A stretch of 64,000 nt of DNA from Mobula hypostoma. Its lineage: Eukaryota. The notes under the pieces were generated by a model. The model saw only the letters and a program-made list of their open reading frames with translations, made no database searches and had not been told where the DNA came from. Position 1 is the stretch's first letter. Each line of letters begins with the position of its first letter. A program made the position numbers and the translations under genes. The stretch lies in assembly GCF_963921235.1 (NCBI RefSeq), contig NC_086108.1, forward strand, positions 53,880,001-53,944,000. The letters run 5' to 3'. This document shows positions 23,710-36,244 of this stretch, in pieces.

Positions 23710-26700
23710 TAGAAACATAGAAAACCTACAGCACAATACAGACCCTTCAGCCTACAAAGCTGTGCTGAACATGTCCCTAACCTAGAACTATCCAGGCTTA
23801 TCCATATCCCTCTATTTTACTAAGCTCCATGTAGCCATCCAGGAGTCTCTTAAAAGATCCTATCGTTTTCGCCTCCACCACCGCTGCCAGCTGCCCATTC
23901 CACGCATTCACCACTCTCTGCGTTAAAAAAAAACTTACCCCTGACATCTCCTCTGTACCTACTTCTAAGCACCTCAAAACTATACCCTCTTATGCTAGCC
24001 ATTTCAGCCCTGGGGAAAGCCTCTGACTATCCACACGATCAATGCCTCTCATTATCTTGTACACCTCTATCAGGTCACCTCTCATCCTCCGTCGCTCCAA
24101 GGAGAAAAGGCTGAGTTCACTCAGCCTATTCTCATAAGACATGCTCCCCAATCCAGGCAACATCCTTGTAAATCTCCTCTGCACCCTTTCTATGGTTTCC
24201 ACGTCTTCCCTGTAGTGAGGCAACCAGAAATGAGCACAATACTCCAAGTGGGGTCTGACCAGGGTCTTATATAGCTGCAACATTACCTCTCGGCTCTTAA
24301 ACTCAATCCCATGATTGATGAAGGTCAATGCACCGTATGCCTTCTTAACCACAGAGTCAACCTGAATAGCAGCTTTGAGTGTCCTATGGACTCGGATCCC
24401 AAGATCCCTCTGATCCTCCACATTGCCAAGGGTCTTATCATTAATGCTATATTCTGCCGTCATATTAAACCTACCAAAATGAACCACCTCACTCTTATCT
24501 GGGTTGAAGTCCATCTGCCACTTCTCAGTCCAGTTTTGCATCTTATCAATGTCCCATTGTAACCTCTGATAGCCCTCCACACTATCCACAACATGCCCAA
24601 CCTTTGTGTTATCAGCAAATTTACTAACCCATCCCTCCACTTCTCATCCAGGTCATTAAAAAAATCACAAAGAGTAGGGGTCCCAGAACAGATCCCTGAG
24701 GCACACCACTGGTCATTGGTCTCCATGTAGAATATGACCCGTCTACAACCATCCTTGCCTTATGTGAGCAAGCCAGTTCTGGATCCACAAAGCAATGTCC
24801 CCTTGGATCCCATGCCTCCTTACTTTCTCAATAAGCCTTGCATGGGGTACCTTATCAAATGCCTTACTGAAATCCATATACACTACATCTGCTGCTCTAC
24901 GACCTGCCTTTGTCAAAGCCATGCTGACTATTCCTAATCATATTATGTCTCTCCAAATATTCATAAATCCTGCCTCTCAGGATCTTTTCCATCAACTTAC
25001 CAACCACTGAAGTAAGACTCACTGGTCTATAATTTCCTGGGCTGTCTCTACTCCCTTTCTTGAATAAGGGAACAACATCCGCAACCCACCAACCCTCCGG
25101 AACCTCTCCCGTCCCCATTGATGATGCAAAGATCATTGCCAGAGGCTCAGCAATCTACTCCCTTGGCCTCCCACAGTGGACTGGGGTACATCTCGTCCGG
25201 TCCCGGAGACTAATCCAACTTGATGCTTTCCAAAAGCTTCAGCACATCCTCTTTCTTAATGTCTATATGCTCTCAAGCTTTTCAGTCCACTGTAAGTCAA
25301 CCTTATAATCATCAAGATCCTTTTCTGTAGTGAATACTGAGGCAAAGTATTCATTAAGTACCTCTGCTATCTCCTCCAGTTCCATACACTCTTTTCTACT
25401 GTCACACTTGATCACGTCTTATCCTCTTGCTCTTCACATACTTGTAGAATGACTTGGGGTTTTCTTTAAACCTGCTTGCCAAGGCCTTCTCATGGCCCCT
25501 TCTAGTTCTCCTAATTTCATTCTCAAGCTCCTTCCTGCTAGCCTTATAATTTTCTGGATCTCTATCATTACCGTATTTTTTGAACCTTTCGTAAGCTTTT
25601 CTTCTTGACTAGATTTTCAACAACCTTTGTACACCATAGTTCCTGTACCCTACCATCCTTTCCCTGTCTCATTGGAACGTACCTATGCAGAATTCCACGC
25701 AAATATCCCCTGAACATTTGCTACATTTCTGCTGTACATTTCCCTGAGAACATCTGTTCCCAAGTTATGCTTCCAAGTTCCTGCCTGATAGCATCATATT
25801 TTCCTTCCTCCAGTTAATCCCTTTCCTAACTTGTCTGTTCCTATTCCTCTCCAATGCTATGGTAAAGGAGATAGAACTGTGATCACTATCTCCAAAATGC
25901 TCTCCCACTGAGAGACCTGACACCTGACCAGGTTCATTTCCCAATACCAGATCAAGTACAGCCTCTCCTCTTGTAGGCTTATCTACAATAATGTGTCAAG
26001 AAACCTTCCTGAACAAACCTAACACACTCCACCCCATCTAAACCCCTTGCTCTAGGGAGATGCCAATCAATATTTGGGAAATTAAAATCTCCCACCACGA
26101 CAACCCTATTATTATTACACCGTTCTAGAATTTGCCTCCCTGAATACCTCTCAATATCACTGTTACTGTTGGGTGGTCTATAAAAAAAACACCCAGTGGA
26201 GTTATTGACCCCTTCCTGTTCCTAACTTCCACCCACAAGTCCTTTCTGAAGCATCTAAAGCCTGGCACTCTAAGTAACCATTCCAGCCTCTGAGCCATCC
26301 AAGTCTCTGTAATGGCCATTAACTCATAGCTCCAAGTACTGATCCACGCTCTAAGCTAATCCACTTTGTTCATGATGCTTCTTGCATTAAAACAGACACA
26401 CCTCAAACCATCAGTCTGAGTGCATCCCTTCTCTATCACCTGCCTATCCTCCCTCTCACACTGTCTCCAAGCTTTCTGTATTTGTAAGCCCACTGCCCTT
26501 TCTTCCGTCTCTTCAGTTCGGTTCCCACCACCCCAGCAATTCTAGCTTAAACTCTCCCGATAGCCCTTGCAAACTTCCCTGCCAGGATATTGGTCCCCCT
26601 CACATTCAAGTGCAACCCGTCGTTTTTGTACAGGTCACGCCTGCCCCAAAAGGGATCCCAATAATCCAGAAATCTGAATCCCTGCCCTCTGCTCCAATCC

Positions 26701-27200
26701 CTCAGCCACACATTTATCCTCCAGCTAACTCTATTCCCTATACTCACTGGCACAGGCAGTAATCCTGAGATTTCTGCCTTTGGGGTCCTGCTTCTCAACT
26801 TCCTTCCTAACTTACTGTAGTCCGTTTTCACGACCTTCTCCCTTTTCCTACCTATGTCTTTGGTGCCAATATGTACCACGACTTCTGGCTGTTCACCTTC
26901 CCACTTCAGGATATCATGGATGCAATCAGAAACACCCCGGACCCTGGCAACTGGGATGCAAACTACCATCCGTGTTTCTTTCCTACATCCACAGAATCGC
27001 CTCTCTGACTCCCTAACTATACAGTCCCCTATTACTGCTGCCTTCTTCCTTTCCCTACCCTTATGAGCTACAGGGCCAGACTCTGTGCCAGAGGTTCAGC
27101 CACTGTTGCTTCCCCCAGGTAGGTTGTCTGCACCCCCCGCCCCCAACAGTACTCAAACAGGAGTACTTATTGTTAAGGGGGACAGCCACAGGGGTACTCT
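23710..27200 (-). mobile_element. CR1 LINE (family B) with ORF1 SGNH-esterase and ORF2 remnants
   Basis: ORF1 26547-26969 (VVHIGTKD...DGLHLN); ORF2 [30 protein letters not shown]; tail ctatgtttcta. Confidence 0.93.
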
Positions 27201-27975
27201 GTTATTACCCCTCTTAACCTAGTTCTCCTCCTTTTTCCCCGTAACCCTTGATGCCCTGACAAATAAATGACCCATCAATTTCCAGTTGATGACTTGGCCT
27301 CCACAGCTTTCTGTGGCAAAGAATCCCACAGAGTCACTACCATCTGGCTGAAGAAACTGATCATCTCTTCTAAATGGACATCACTGTGATCTCCTGTCCT
27401 AGACACCCCCCCCCCACCTACTATAGGAAACATTCTCTTCACATCTATTCTACCTGCCCTTTCAATATTAGATAGGTTTCAGTAAGATTCCCCCACCTCA
27501 TTCTTCTAAACTCCAGTGAGTATATGCCCAGAACCATCAAATGCATGACATACATTAACCCTTTCATTCCCAGAATCATTCTTGTGAACCTCCTCTGGAC
27601 CCTCTCCAATGCTAACATATCTTTTCTTAGATAGGAAGTCCAAAACTGCTAACAATACTCCAAGTGTGGCCAGACCAATGCCTTATAAAGCCTCAGCATT
27701 ACATCCTTGCTTTTGTATTCTAGTCCTCTCAAAATGAATGCTAACACTGCATTTGCTTTCCTTACTACTGACTCAACCTGCAAGTTAATCTCTAAAGAAC
27801 CTTGCACTAGGATTCCCAAGTCCCTTTGCACTTCAGATTCTTGAATTTTCTCCTTGTTTAGAAAATAGTCTATGGCTTTATTCCTTCTACCAAAGTGCAG
27901 GACTAATCACTTCCCTGCACTATATTCCATCTGTCACTTCTCCCAGTCTAAGTCCTTTTGCAAACTCCCTGGATG
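27200..27975 (-). mobile_element. CR1 LINE 3' fragment
   Basis: QRDLGILV...MLRLYKALVWPHLEYC (27649-27831). Confidence 0.85.
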
Positions 27976-28115
27976 TCTCAATATGTCATGATAACTTGCG
28001 TTCATCCACACATCCTTTCAAAAAGTAGAGGTCAAAATTATTTATTTTCTCTGCAACACACATCAAAGTTGCTGGTGAACGCAGCAGGCCAAGCAGCATC
28101 TATAGGAAGAGGCGC

Positions 28116-28151
28116 AGTCGACGTTTCAGGCTGAGACCCTTCGTCAGGACT
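28116..28151 (-). ncRNA. Minimal type I hammerhead ribozyme motif
   Basis: Minus strand agtcCTGACGAagggtctcagcctGAAACGTCgact. Confidence 0.8.
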
Positions 28152-28442
28152 AACTGAAGGAAGAGTGAGTAAGGGATTTGAAAGCTGGAGGGGGAGGGGG
28201 AGATGCAAAATGATAGGAGAAGACAGGAGGGGGAGGGATAGAGCCGAGAGCTGGACAGGTGATAGGCAAAAGGGGATACGAGAGGATCATGGGACAGGAG
28301 GTCCGGGAAGAAAGACGGGGGGGGTGACCCAGAGGATGGGCAAGAGGTATATTCAGAGGGACAGAGGGAGAAAAAGGAGAGTGAGAGAAAGAATGTGTGC
28401 ATAAAAATGAGTAACAGATGGGGTACGAGGGGGAGGTGGGGC

Positions 28443-30164
28443 CTAGCGGAAGTTAGAGAAGTCAATGTTCATGCCATCAGGTTGGAGGCTACCCAGACGG
28501 AATATAAGGTGTTGTTCCTCCAACCTGAGTGTGGCTTCATCTTTACAGTAGAGGAGGCCGTGGATAGACATGTCAGAATGGGAATGGGATGTGGAATTAA
28601 AATGTGTGGCCACTGGGAGATCCTGCTTTCTCTGGCGGACAGAGCGTAGATGTTCAGCAAAGCGGTCTCCCAGTCTGCGTCGGGTCTCACCAATATATAA
28701 AAGGCCACATCGGGAGCACCGGACGCAGTATATCACCCCAGTCGACTCACAGGTGAAGTGATGCCTCACCTGGAAGGACTGTTTGGGGCCCTGAATGGTG
28801 GTAAGGGAGGAAGTGTAAGGGCATGTGTAGCACTTGTTCCGCTTACATGGATAAGTGCCAGGAGGGAGATCAGTGGGGAGGGATGGGGGGGACGAATGGA
28901 CAAGGGAGTTGTGTAGGGAGCGATCCCTGCGGAATGCAGAGAGAGGGGGGGAGGGAAAGATGTGCTTAGTGGTGGGATCCCGTTGGAGGTGGCGGAAGTT
29001 ACGGAGAATAATATGTTGGACCCGGAGGCTGGTGGGGTGGTAGGTGAGGACCAGGGGAACCCTATTCCTAGTGGGGTGGTGGGAGGATGGAGTGAGAGCA
29101 GATGTACGTGAAATGGGGGAGATGCGTTTAAGAGCAGAGTTGATAGTGGAGGAAGGGAAGCCCCTTTCTTTAAAAAATGAAGACATCTCCCTCGTCCTAG
29201 AATGAAAAGCCTCATCCTGAGAGCAGATGCGACGGAGACGGAGGAATTGCGAGAAGGGGATGGCGTTTTTGCAAGAGACAGGGTGAGAAGAGGAATAGTC
29301 CAGATAGCTGTGAGAGTCAGTAGGCTTATAGTAGACATCAGTGGATAAGCTGTCTCCAGAGACAGAGACAGAAAGATCTAGAAAGGGGAGGGAGGTGTCG
29401 GAAATGGACCAGGCAAACTTGAGGGCAGGGTGAAAGTTGGAGGCAAAGTTAATAAAGTCAACGAGTTCTGCATGCGTGCAGGAAGCAGCGCCAATGCAGT
29501 CGTCGATGTAGCGAAGGAAAAGTGGGGGACAGATACCAGAATAGGCACGGAACATAGATTGTTCCACAAACCCAACAAAAAGGCAGGCATAGCTAGGACC
29601 CATACCGGTGCCCATAGCTACACCTTTAGTTTGGAGGAAATGGGAGGAGCAAAAGGAGAAATTATTAAGAGTAAGGACTAATTCTGCTAGACGGAGCAGA
29701 GTGGTGGTAGAGGGGAACTGATTAGGTCTGGAATCCAAAAAGAAGCGTAGAGCTTTGAGACCTTCCTGATGGGGGATGGAAGTATATAGGGACTGGACAT
29801 CCATGGTGAAAATAAAGCGGTGGGGGCCAGGGAACTTAAAATCATCGAAAAGTTTAAGAGCGTGAGAAGTGTCACGAACATAGGTCGGAAGGGATTGAAC
29901 AAGGGGTGATAAAACAGTGTCGAGGTATGCAGAAACGAGTTCGGTGGGGCAGGAGCAAGCTGAGACAATAGGTCGGCCAGGACAGGCAGGTTTGTGGATC
30001 TTGGGTAGGAGGTAGAAACGGGAAGTGCGGGGTGTGGGAACTATAAGGTTGGTAGCAGTGGATGGGAGATCCCCTGAGCGGATAAAGTCGGTGATGGTGT
30101 GGGTGACAATGGCCTGGTGCTCCTTAGTGGGGTCACGATCGAGGGGTAAATAAGAGGAGGTATC
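28443..30164 (-). CDS. Penelope reverse transcriptase plus GIY-YIG endonuclease, uninterrupted but 5'-truncated
   Basis: LPKIHK, MDVQSLYTSIP, GVAMGT, RYIDD, PFLDL, GVIYC...YIGET with no stop in ~570 codons. The first ~17 aa of the tracked ORF come from the inverted arm. Confidence 0.9.
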   Translation of the reverse strand, partial: DTSSYLPLDRDPTKEHQAIVTHTITDFIRSGDLPSTATNLIVPTPRTSRFYLLPKIHKPACPGRPIVSACSCPTELVSAYLDTVLSPLVQSLPTYVRDTSHALKLFDDFKFPGPHRFIFTMDVQSLYTSIPHQEGLKALRFFLDSRPNQFPSTTTLLRLAELVLTLNNFSFCSSHFLQTKGVAMGTGMGPSYACLFVGFVEQSMFRAYSGICPPLFLRYIDDCIGAASCTHAELVDFINFASNFHPALKFAWSISDTSLPFLDLSVSVSGDSLSTDVYYKPTDSHSYLDYSSSHPVSCKNAIPFSQFLRLRRICSQDEAFHSRTREMSSFFKERGFPSSTINSALKRISPISRTSALTPSSHHPTRNRVPLVLTYHPTSLRVQHIILRNFRHLQRDPTTKHIFPSPPLSAFRRDRSLHNSLVHSSPPSLPTDLPPGTYPCKRNKCYTCPYTSSLTTIQGPKQSFQVRHHFTCESTGVIYCVRCSRCGLLYIGETRRRLGDRFAEHLRSVRQRKQDLPVATHFNSTSHSHSDMSIHGLLYCKDEATLRLEEQHLIFRLGSLQPDGMNIDFSNFR

Positions 30165-31402
30165 CCTCCCCTTTCTAGATCTTTCTGTCTCTGTCTCTGG
30201 AGACAGCTTATCCACTGATGTCTACTATAAGCCTACTGACTCTCACAGCTGTCTGGACTATTCCTCTTCTCACCCTGTCTCTTGCAAAAACGCCATCCCC
30301 TTCTCGCAATTCCTCCGTCTCCGTCGCATCTGCTCTCAGGATGAGGCTTTTCATTCTAGGACGAGGGAGATGTCTTCCTTTTTTAAAGAAAGGGGCTTCC
30401 CTTCCTCCACTATCAACTCTGCTCTTAAATGCATCTCCCCCATTTCACGTACATCTGCTCTCACTCCATCCTCCCACCACCCCACTAGGAATAGGGTTCC
30501 CCTGGTCCTCACCTACCACCCCACCAGCCTCCGGGTCCAACATATTATTCTCCGTAACTTCCGCCACCTCCAACGGGATCCCACCACTAAGCACATCTTT
30601 CCCCCCCTCCCCCTCTGCATTCCGCAGGGATCGCTCCCTACACAACTCCCTTGTCCATTCGTCCCCCCCATCCCTCCCCACTGATCTCCCTCCTGGCACT
30701 TATCCATGTAAGTGGAACAAGTGCTACACATGCCCTTACACTTCCTCCCTTACCACCATTCAGGGCCCCAAACAGTCCTTCCAGGTGAGGCATCACTTCA
30801 CCTGTGAGTCGACTGGGGTGATATACTGCGTCCAGTGCTCCCGATGTGGCCTTTTATATATTGGTGAGACCCGACGCAGACTGGGAGACCGCTTTGCTGA
30901 ACATCTACGCTCTGTCCGCCAGAGAAAGCAGGATCTCCCAGTGGCCACACATTTTAATTCCACATCCCATTCCCATTCTGACATGTCTATCCACGGCCTC
31001 CTCTACTGTAAAGATGAAGCCACACTCAGGTTGGAGGAACAACACCTTATATTCCGTCTGGGTAGCCTCCAACCTGATGGCATGAACATTGACTTCTCTA
31101 ACTTCCGCTAGGCCCCACCTCCCCCTCGTACCCCATCTGTTACTCATTTTTATGCACACATTCTTTCTCTCACTCTCCTTTTTCTCCCTCTGTCCCTCTG
31201 AATATACCTCTTGCCCATCCTCTGGGTCACCCCCCCCGTCTTTCTTCCCGGACCTCCTGTCCCATGATCCTCTCGTATCCCCTTTTGCCTATCACCTGTC
31301 CAGCTCTCGGCTCTATCCCTCCCCCTCCTGTCTTCTCCTATCATTTTGCATCTCCCCCTCCCCCTCCAGCTTTCAAATCCCTTACTCACTCTTCCTTCAG
31401 TT

Positions 31403-31438
31403 AGTCCTGACGAAGGGTCTCGGCCTGAAACGTCGACT
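31403..31438 (+). ncRNA. Minimal type I hammerhead ribozyme motif
   Basis: agtcCTGACGAagggtctcggcctGAAACGTCgact. Confidence 0.8.
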
Positions 31439-31706
31439 GCGCCTCTTCCTATAGATGCTGCTTGGCCTGCTGCGTTCACCAGCAACTTTGATGTGTGTTG
31501 CTTGAATTTCCAGCATCTGCAGAATTCCTGTTGTTTTTATTTATTTTCTCAATTTGTTTCCAGTTGTTGGTCAACATTTATAGAGCTTTCGGCCTGATAC
31601 ATATCTTTCCAACTAACTTCCAAAATTTGGTCTTAAAAGGGTTGGGAAGATGAACAGCAATCAGGGGACTTCATGATAATGATATAAAAATTGAAAAGGG
31701 GCTGAT

Positions 31707-32481
31707 CAATGTTCCCTCTAATTTGTAATGACAAGTGTGCACAAAAATCTTGTGCTGTGCAATTTTTTGCCCAGTGCAACAGCATGTGCACACTGATTTA
31801 AATAGAGGTATTCATTTTAACAGCTAATGAAATACTATCAGTGAGAATTTTGATCTTAACTGGGTTTGATCATTTTCACTCTCATTCATCTGCACTCTCA
31901 CAAAATATATGAAGCAAATCTGTAGCAGGTAGTGAAGGATTTTCTCACTGGAACTTTTGCACACCGTCCATATGTGATTTGTTTGCTAAATGACACTTTA
32001 AAAAGTCAAGTTTCCAAATATCACTCCACTTCTTCCCACTTGCAAATTCTGCAGCAACTTTTGTATCGCGACAATACACGCAGTTAACACTAGTTTCTGT
32101 ATTGTACATAAATATTTCTAGTAGCTGCATGTTCCTGACCTCATGAGCTTTCAATGTAGCAGATTCTACTGTTTCATTAAGCCATTCCGCTTTAAATGAA
32201 CTAGCAGTTCTTTTGCGCTTCATGCCCTTTGTTTCTATGGAATTTGACATTGTGAATCTATAATTTTTAAAATAAAAACAGTATAAATAAGCCAGTTCTA
32301 AAATCTGCAGGCAAATAATCGGAAACTCCATGTTGTCAACACCGTCTACATCAGAAACTGGAAAAGGAGACATGATTGTGCACGATCGTGAAATATATAT
32401 AACATGCCAACGAGGTAGAGGGTGACAACCTTTTGTGCGCAGTTTAAATTCCTTTGTGCACAGACATTAGAGGGAACATTT
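31707..32481 (-). mobile_element. Internally deleted hAT (Tip100-like) DNA transposon
   Basis: TIRs caatgttccctctaat / attagagggaacatt(t); minus ORF with a TTF-type zinc finger (FKAEWL...CVYC...LKCHLANKSH). No clear 8 bp TSD. Confidence 0.7.
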
Positions 32482-33082
32482 CGATATGATGTTTTTAAAC
32501 ACATTCAAGAGACTTTTCAGGTGTGATCAGCATACACAGCAATTTAAAGAGTAGAGAACATTTTCATAATCCTAATGAGATGAATGGCAAGTTATACTGT
32601 TTTAGATGATGCTAAGAAGATTCACTGCCACTGTATCTGCTTAGATTGTGCAACTACCTATAGGTTTTATAATGGTCCCTGTAATGATGCTTAAAGCAGT
32701 GTAATATTTAATTGTGAACAGACAGTTTGACAGTTTCTCTGGATATAGTCATAAAGGATCACCAATCATATTAAAATGCCAGTAATTTCAGAGGGAACAG
32801 GGAGAATAACTGGGAAGAAAAAGAACTCCAATCCCTTAATGCAAGTATGAGCACTTAAAAGATTTTATTTTTTTTCTATGAGTGAAGAGAGCCAAAATTA
32901 GAAGCTCACTGAAATCCTTCGTTTTTTTTTAAGTGACTTATTTTTTTCAAAATGTTCTTCGATAGTTTCTGAACATTGAACGGTTTGAAATTGTTAAGAA
33001 TTTTTTTGCAACAGTGCCCTCTATTGACCAGTAACTTGTGGCTTACCTTGAATTCAGTTCCAATTTTCCTTTCATCCTGCAG

Positions 33083-33210
33083 AGTTACATTTGAAGAAGA
33101 TGGCTTTTGTCAGCCCTACAGGGGAATCGCCTGTGCAAGGTTCATTGCAAACAGCAGCATTTATGTGGACTCTCTACAGATGCAAGGAGAAATTGAAAAC
33201 CAAATTACAG
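33083..33210 (+). CDS. ROR1: ROR1 coding exon (start of Frizzled cysteine-rich domain; equivalent to human exon 5)
   Basis: Acceptor ttcatcctgcag at 33071-33082 and donor gtataa at 33211; 128 bp. Translates [42 protein letters not shown], matching the ROR1 CRD. Confidence 0.96.
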
Positions 33211-33942
33211 GTATAAGAAGGATAATAAATAAACTGTTCTTGTATTCACACATGCTTATAGTTGCCCTTCTGATTTCAATTTTTCAACAGTGCTGATTAA
33301 AAATTTTCAGATGGTTTCTGGAATTTGCTTAGTTAGGAAAAGTGCTGATTCATAATGGTGTATGGTTCTATCATTACTAGTCAACTTCCAGTGTCTTAAC
33401 CAGATGACCATTCTAAATACACAAGCCTAGATCACAGAACAAAACAAATTTAGATACAAGATTAGAAAGCAAAGGTATACATATTCCTGCAGGTCTCATC
33501 GAAGAGCAGGCGTGAGTGAAAACCCAGGATGATTATTTCCACTTTCTTTATTCTAAAAAGTTTTTAGTCAGTTTCAGGATTTCCCTTGCAATCTTAGTTG
33601 AGATAATAGATCCCAACAGAAAAACTCACTGTTGGTTTAAAAGTGTACGTGACACCTTAGTTACACAATTATTAGTGCATTTTCTCTAGTTATTTATAAA
33701 GGAGTAGTTGAATTATTTATGAGAAATTACAGTCAATTGAACATAATACTGTCTTTTTTTACAAAACAGAACATCATGCATAAATGCATCTATGCTGATG
33801 AAGTTAGGAAAGAATCTCTGTAACTTTTAGTTTTCCATCATCTTGATTCAGGCTCTGCGTTGATTTCTCCTGTCTAATGTAATTACTGTTGTTAATTTGG
33901 GAAACTTGAAACAGTAAATTATCTTTCTTATTTGTTCTGCAG

Positions 33943-34260
33943 CTGCTTTCACAATGATTGGAACCTCAAATCATCTAACTGACCGGTGTTCTCAGTTTGC
34001 CATCCCTTCACTCTGTCATTTTGCATTCCCATACTGTGATGATACATCGTCAATACCCAAACCTCGTGACCTTTGCAGAGATGAGTGTGAGATCCTGGAA
34101 AATGATCTGTGCAAGACTGAATATATCTTTGCCAGATCAAATCCTTTGATCCTAATGAGACTGAAGCTACCAAACTGTGAAGATCTCCCCATGCCAGACA
34201 GCCCGGAGGCAGCAAACTGCATGCGCATTGGAATTCCAATGGCAGAACCTATAAATAAGA
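33943..34260 (+). CDS. ROR1: ROR1 coding exon (rest of Frizzled CRD)
   Basis: tttgttctgcag acceptor, gtaagt donor; 318 bp with phase compatible with neighbours. [33 protein letters not shown]...[19 protein letters not shown]. Confidence 0.97.
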
Positions 34261-34597
34261 GTAAGTAAACTTGACTAAAGGAGAATATTCATAAAGTGCT
34301 AGTTTTGACAGCTGTCTTCAGAATATTGCTTTTACATTTTTCTCCTTTAATATTTTGCTGTTTCACCCTTTTTGGAAGGCAGCAACTGATGTCAGCTTGA
34401 ATCGACTAAATAAACAACATGGAAGTTAACTCGTTCAGTTGCTATTCTTTAATAAGATAATGATCAGTATTACGTCATCAGAACTATTCCATCATGAAGG
34501 ACATAATTGATGCTCCTGGTCTTGCTGCACACAATGCATTGCAATCAGGGGTAGGCACCCTGACAAAATGCTTTCGTAACAACTCTGACTGAGGAGG

Positions 34598-35298
34598 AAT
34601 TGAATTGAACTGACTTTATTTCTTACATCATTCACATACATGAGGAGTAAAAATAGTAAAAATCTTTATGTTATGTCTCCGCCTAAATGTGCAATGTGCA
34701 ATCATAATCACTTATAATAAATAGACAGTCAATGTAACATAGAAATGCACTCAAATCAGCGTGAGTTAATCAATCTGATGGCCTGGTGGAAGAAGCTGTC
34801 CTAGAGCCTATTGGTCCTGGCTTTTATGCTGCGGTACCATTTCCTGGATGGTAGCAGCTGGAATAGATTGTGGTCGGGGTGACTCAGATCCCCAGCCACA
34901 ATCTATACATCTGACAGCACTGTGTCAGAGAGATGACTTCTTCCCTGTAGGCCACCTCGTTATTGAGATTAGGCCAATCACTGTAGTGTCGTCGGCAAAT
35001 TTAATTAGCAGATTAGAGCTGTGGGTGGCGACACAGTGATTGGGATACAGGGAGTAAAGGGGGGACTTAGTACACAGCCCTGAGGGCTATGTTGAGAGTC
35101 AGAGAGGTGGAGGTGAGGGAGTCCACTCTTACTACCTGCTGGTGATCTAACAAGAAGTCCAGGATCTAGCTGCACGAGGCAGGGTCAAGACCGAGGTCTC
35201 TGAGCTTCCTGCCGAGCGTGGTTGGAATTATGGTGTTGAATGCTGAACTGTAGTCCAAGAACAGCATTCTCAGATAAGCATCCTTCTTCTCCAGATGA
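34598..35298 (-). mobile_element. Rex1/Babar-like LINE fragment in a ROR1 intron
   Basis: Minus strand HL..KDAYLRMLFLDYSSAFNTIIP and KFADDTTVIGLI; tail aataaagtcagttcaattcaatt. Confidence 0.8.
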
Positions 35299-35945
35299 GA
35301 CTGAGATTGATTATGATGTTTTTAGCACAGCTCAAGACAAACTGCTTAAGCTATCAGAGACCTCGAGGTAGTTCCTGCTGTGCATAGTTTGGCACAACAC
35401 AAAGTGATGCTCCTCTAGGGAATTAGTATTGGGTGCCTTGGTCAAATAGTTGTAGATTAAATATGAAGTAAATATGGGGTTGCCTTCAAACAAGTAGAAA
35501 ACAAGAGATACTGTTCTGTTCTCTGCTAACATAAACATGGAATGCTCACATGCATATTCTTTTGCTCTGTTGCCAGTTTTCTCTACATCCCCAGCCCTTT
35601 CCTAAGTGTAGCGGTTCCTTTCGAGAACACTGTTTTATGGACAGTAACTAGCCACATTGCGTGTGTGGTAATGAGCTACAACAAACTCTTTTACCACAAC
35701 GGGCCAATGATGTCTTCACAGCAGGGGCAGATGTATGGCTATCAAGGGCTCGATGTGGCCTTTACTAATCTGGGGCTTTTCTGGTTTCACTGTTGACACC
35801 AGCTGAGGTCAGCACAAATTAGGGAGTGGTCTTAAGAATCTTACTAGTTTGTAATTGGGTTGTAAGTTGATTGGTTCATCCAGAAAACATGGCATGAATT
35901 CCTACTAAGTCTTTTTGCTGAGAATTGTTTTATTTATACCTGCAG

Positions 35946-36191
35946 ATCACAAATGTTTTAATATCAGTGGTAACGACTACCGTGGCACAGTGAGTGTGAC
36001 CAAATCAGGGCGGCAGTGCCAGCCGTGGAACTCCCAATATCCACATAGTCATTCATATACAGCTGTTAAATATCCTGAACTCAATGGTGGCCATTCCTAT
36101 TGCCGGAACCCAGGAAATCACAAAGATGCTCCGTGGTGCTTTACACTGGATGAATCTGTTAAACTGGAGTTGTGCGAAATTCCTCTGTGTG
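35946..36191 (+). CDS. ROR1: ROR1 coding exon (kringle domain)
   Basis: cctgcag acceptor, gtaagg donor; 246 bp. [33 protein letters not shown]...[18 protein letters not shown]...CEIPLC is a classic kringle. Confidence 0.97.
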
Positions 36192-36244
36192 GTAAGGATC
36201 ACCGATCGAAATTTCTTAAGTTGACTCGAGATATGGTGCAATAA

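Larger units (their letters stand above)
28053..31536. mobile_element. Young Penelope-like element, inverted structure (minus arm 28053-30164, plus arm 30163-31536), 14 bp TSD
   Basis: TSD TTATTTATTTTCTC at 28038-28051 and 31537-31550; arms 28053-29393 and 30163-31501 are near-perfect reverse complements. Confidence 0.96.

Noticed and set aside
30165..30215. N-terminus MDKLSPETETERSRKGR of the 590 aa ORF as a real start
   Set aside because: It is the antisense of the inverted arm read through the junction and starts at GTG; it is not a native Penelope N-terminus.
30218..31111. 297 aa ORF as a novel protein
   Set aside because: Out-of-frame Penelope sequence shifted into the GIY-YIG frame by a 2 bp indel near 30600.
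1..33082. Upstream ROR1 exons (Ig domain exon and the small preceding exon)
   Set aside because: No Ig-like ORF and no convincing short AG-GT exon encoding a GPPP/SPG-like peptide was found by eye; they probably lie upstream of the window, though a tiny exon could be missed.
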